From assembly GCA_964106645.2 (NCBI GenBank), contig OZ067039.1: a stretch of DNA of 64,000 nt. One strand, 5' to 3'. The position numbers were made by a program, and so were the translations under genes. Positions 62,675 through 64,000 of this stretch are shown piece after piece. The notes under the pieces are model-generated. The model was not told where the DNA came from, did not search any database, and saw only the letters and a list, made by a program, of their open reading frames with translations. This DNA is from Podarcis pityusensis (lineage: Eukaryota). The stretch's first letter is position 1; every line of letters starts with the position of its first letter.

Positions 62675-64000
62675 CAAGGTATCACATTTGGGTTTGTAGG
62701 GGGGGAAAGAATGCTTATCTCCAGAAATTACCTCATCCTAAATAATCTCTTAACACTCTAGGCTGCTTTTTCTTAAGGAATGTGAGTTTATAGCAGCCTT
62801 GCAAAATGGTTTTCAGTGCCCACAAAATGTAAATAAGAATCAGTGTGCTAGCTGTGGTGGTAGTGGGTAAGCTGGTTTGATAGGTGGGATGAATATGTTA
62901 GCAATGCTCATGCTTCTTATGATCTTCCACCCCTTTCTCTGATATCCAAAGCAAGGGGTGGTCCCTTGCATTGGATATGTGGTCCCTGCCTGGCCTCTAT
63001 GGGTGGGAAAGAGGATTCTCCTCATTTCCTTTTATGGCAGTGGTAGCAGTAAGTGGAGGAAGGGCTCTTTCTAGATGCTCTCAGTACCACATCAGGACTG
63101 AAAGAGCAGTGGTGCTTGGGCCTTCTGGCACTGTAGTATGGGGAGGGCATCTTCCAATGCTGCCATTTCAGCTTTTAGGGGAGTAAGGAGGAAGGGTGGA
63201 TGCTTTGGGGTCAGGGGAAGGTGCAGATTAAAGGAAACAATGAACCCTCTGTCCCAGATAATTTATTTTAGCCAGAGAAGTCTTTAAGGGTGCCTTAATA
63301 ACTTGTCCCCTCCTTTTGCAGTGCCCCCTTAAGAACACTGGGAGTTTGCTTCCAAGCTAAGCCATGCTTTAGGCCGATATACATGGCATCACTGTTGCTT
63401 CTGAAAATACTGTAGAATGAGTCCCTAGTTGTTCTCCACTACCATTTCCACTTCTACTCTTATCTAGTCCTCTTTCAGGGCTCCTGGTTAGCATCCTTCT
63501 CCAGCTTGTGACATCATATCCCCACCACCAAACCAATTTAGTTTGTCTAACAGCGAGACCTGTACACTCTCTCCACACAAGGTTCTTTCTCTGCCAACCT
63601 GGTCCTGTGTATGGTCTTCTCAGTGCCTCTTATTCTTCCATCATGGATGATTTCAGCAGCAGGAGCCACAGTATCCCTTGTTGGTTTCAAACCAGCTTCC
63701 TATGGCATTCCTCTCCGTTGCAGTCTGCACAGAAAAATGTGTCTGGGAGGATCTGTACCTCTGGGGTGAATATGTAGTTATTGTGCCCAGGGGTCCCAGG
63801 AAGGTGACCTGGAAAAGAAATTGCAATTAGTCTTACAAAGAGTGAAAAATGGGCAGCACGAAGATATCCAAGCAACAATGATTGCATTTTTCAGTAGTGG
63901 TGCCTAATGGCAGAATACTTTATGCAGTTATGCGCCTCTTAATGCTATATTATTTTTAGGAAGCTGTTATTTTTCATTACCGCTCCCTCAAAAGGACATT

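Noticed and set aside
1-64000. Prokaryote-type systems (CRISPR arrays, operons, defence islands)
   Set aside because: The sequence is intron-rich vertebrate DNA; no regularly spaced repeat-spacer arrays or long uninterrupted ORFs are present.

Overview
Vertebrate genomic DNA, most likely a squamate (lizard) judging by the repeat content (CR1, L2, RTE, tRNA-derived SINEs, hAT and Tc1/mariner MITEs). The window holds one complete spliced + strand gene, cytohesin-1 (CYTH1, an ARF-GEF with coiled-coil, Sec7, PH and polybasic domains). It has a CpG-rich promoter at ~3500-5100, 13 core coding exons from ATG 4163 to TAG 59560 (1200 nt, 399 aa, all introns GT-AG), a 37.5 kb first intron and a poly(A) signal at 61281. 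A 3-nt microexon (GAG, 51390-51392) switches the PH domain from diglycine to triglycine. Intron 1 holds two phase-compatible candidate alternative first coding exons (18853-18931, 26808-26829) and a weaker third. A candidate stop-containing exon and a CTCF-like site lie just upstream of the microexon. The first ~450 bp look like the 3' end of an upstream gene (USP36 by recalled human synteny, unverified). Almost all ORFs in the supplied track are spurious. I see no evidence for a wholly new biological system; the most interesting content is the isoform and splicing architecture of CYTH1.
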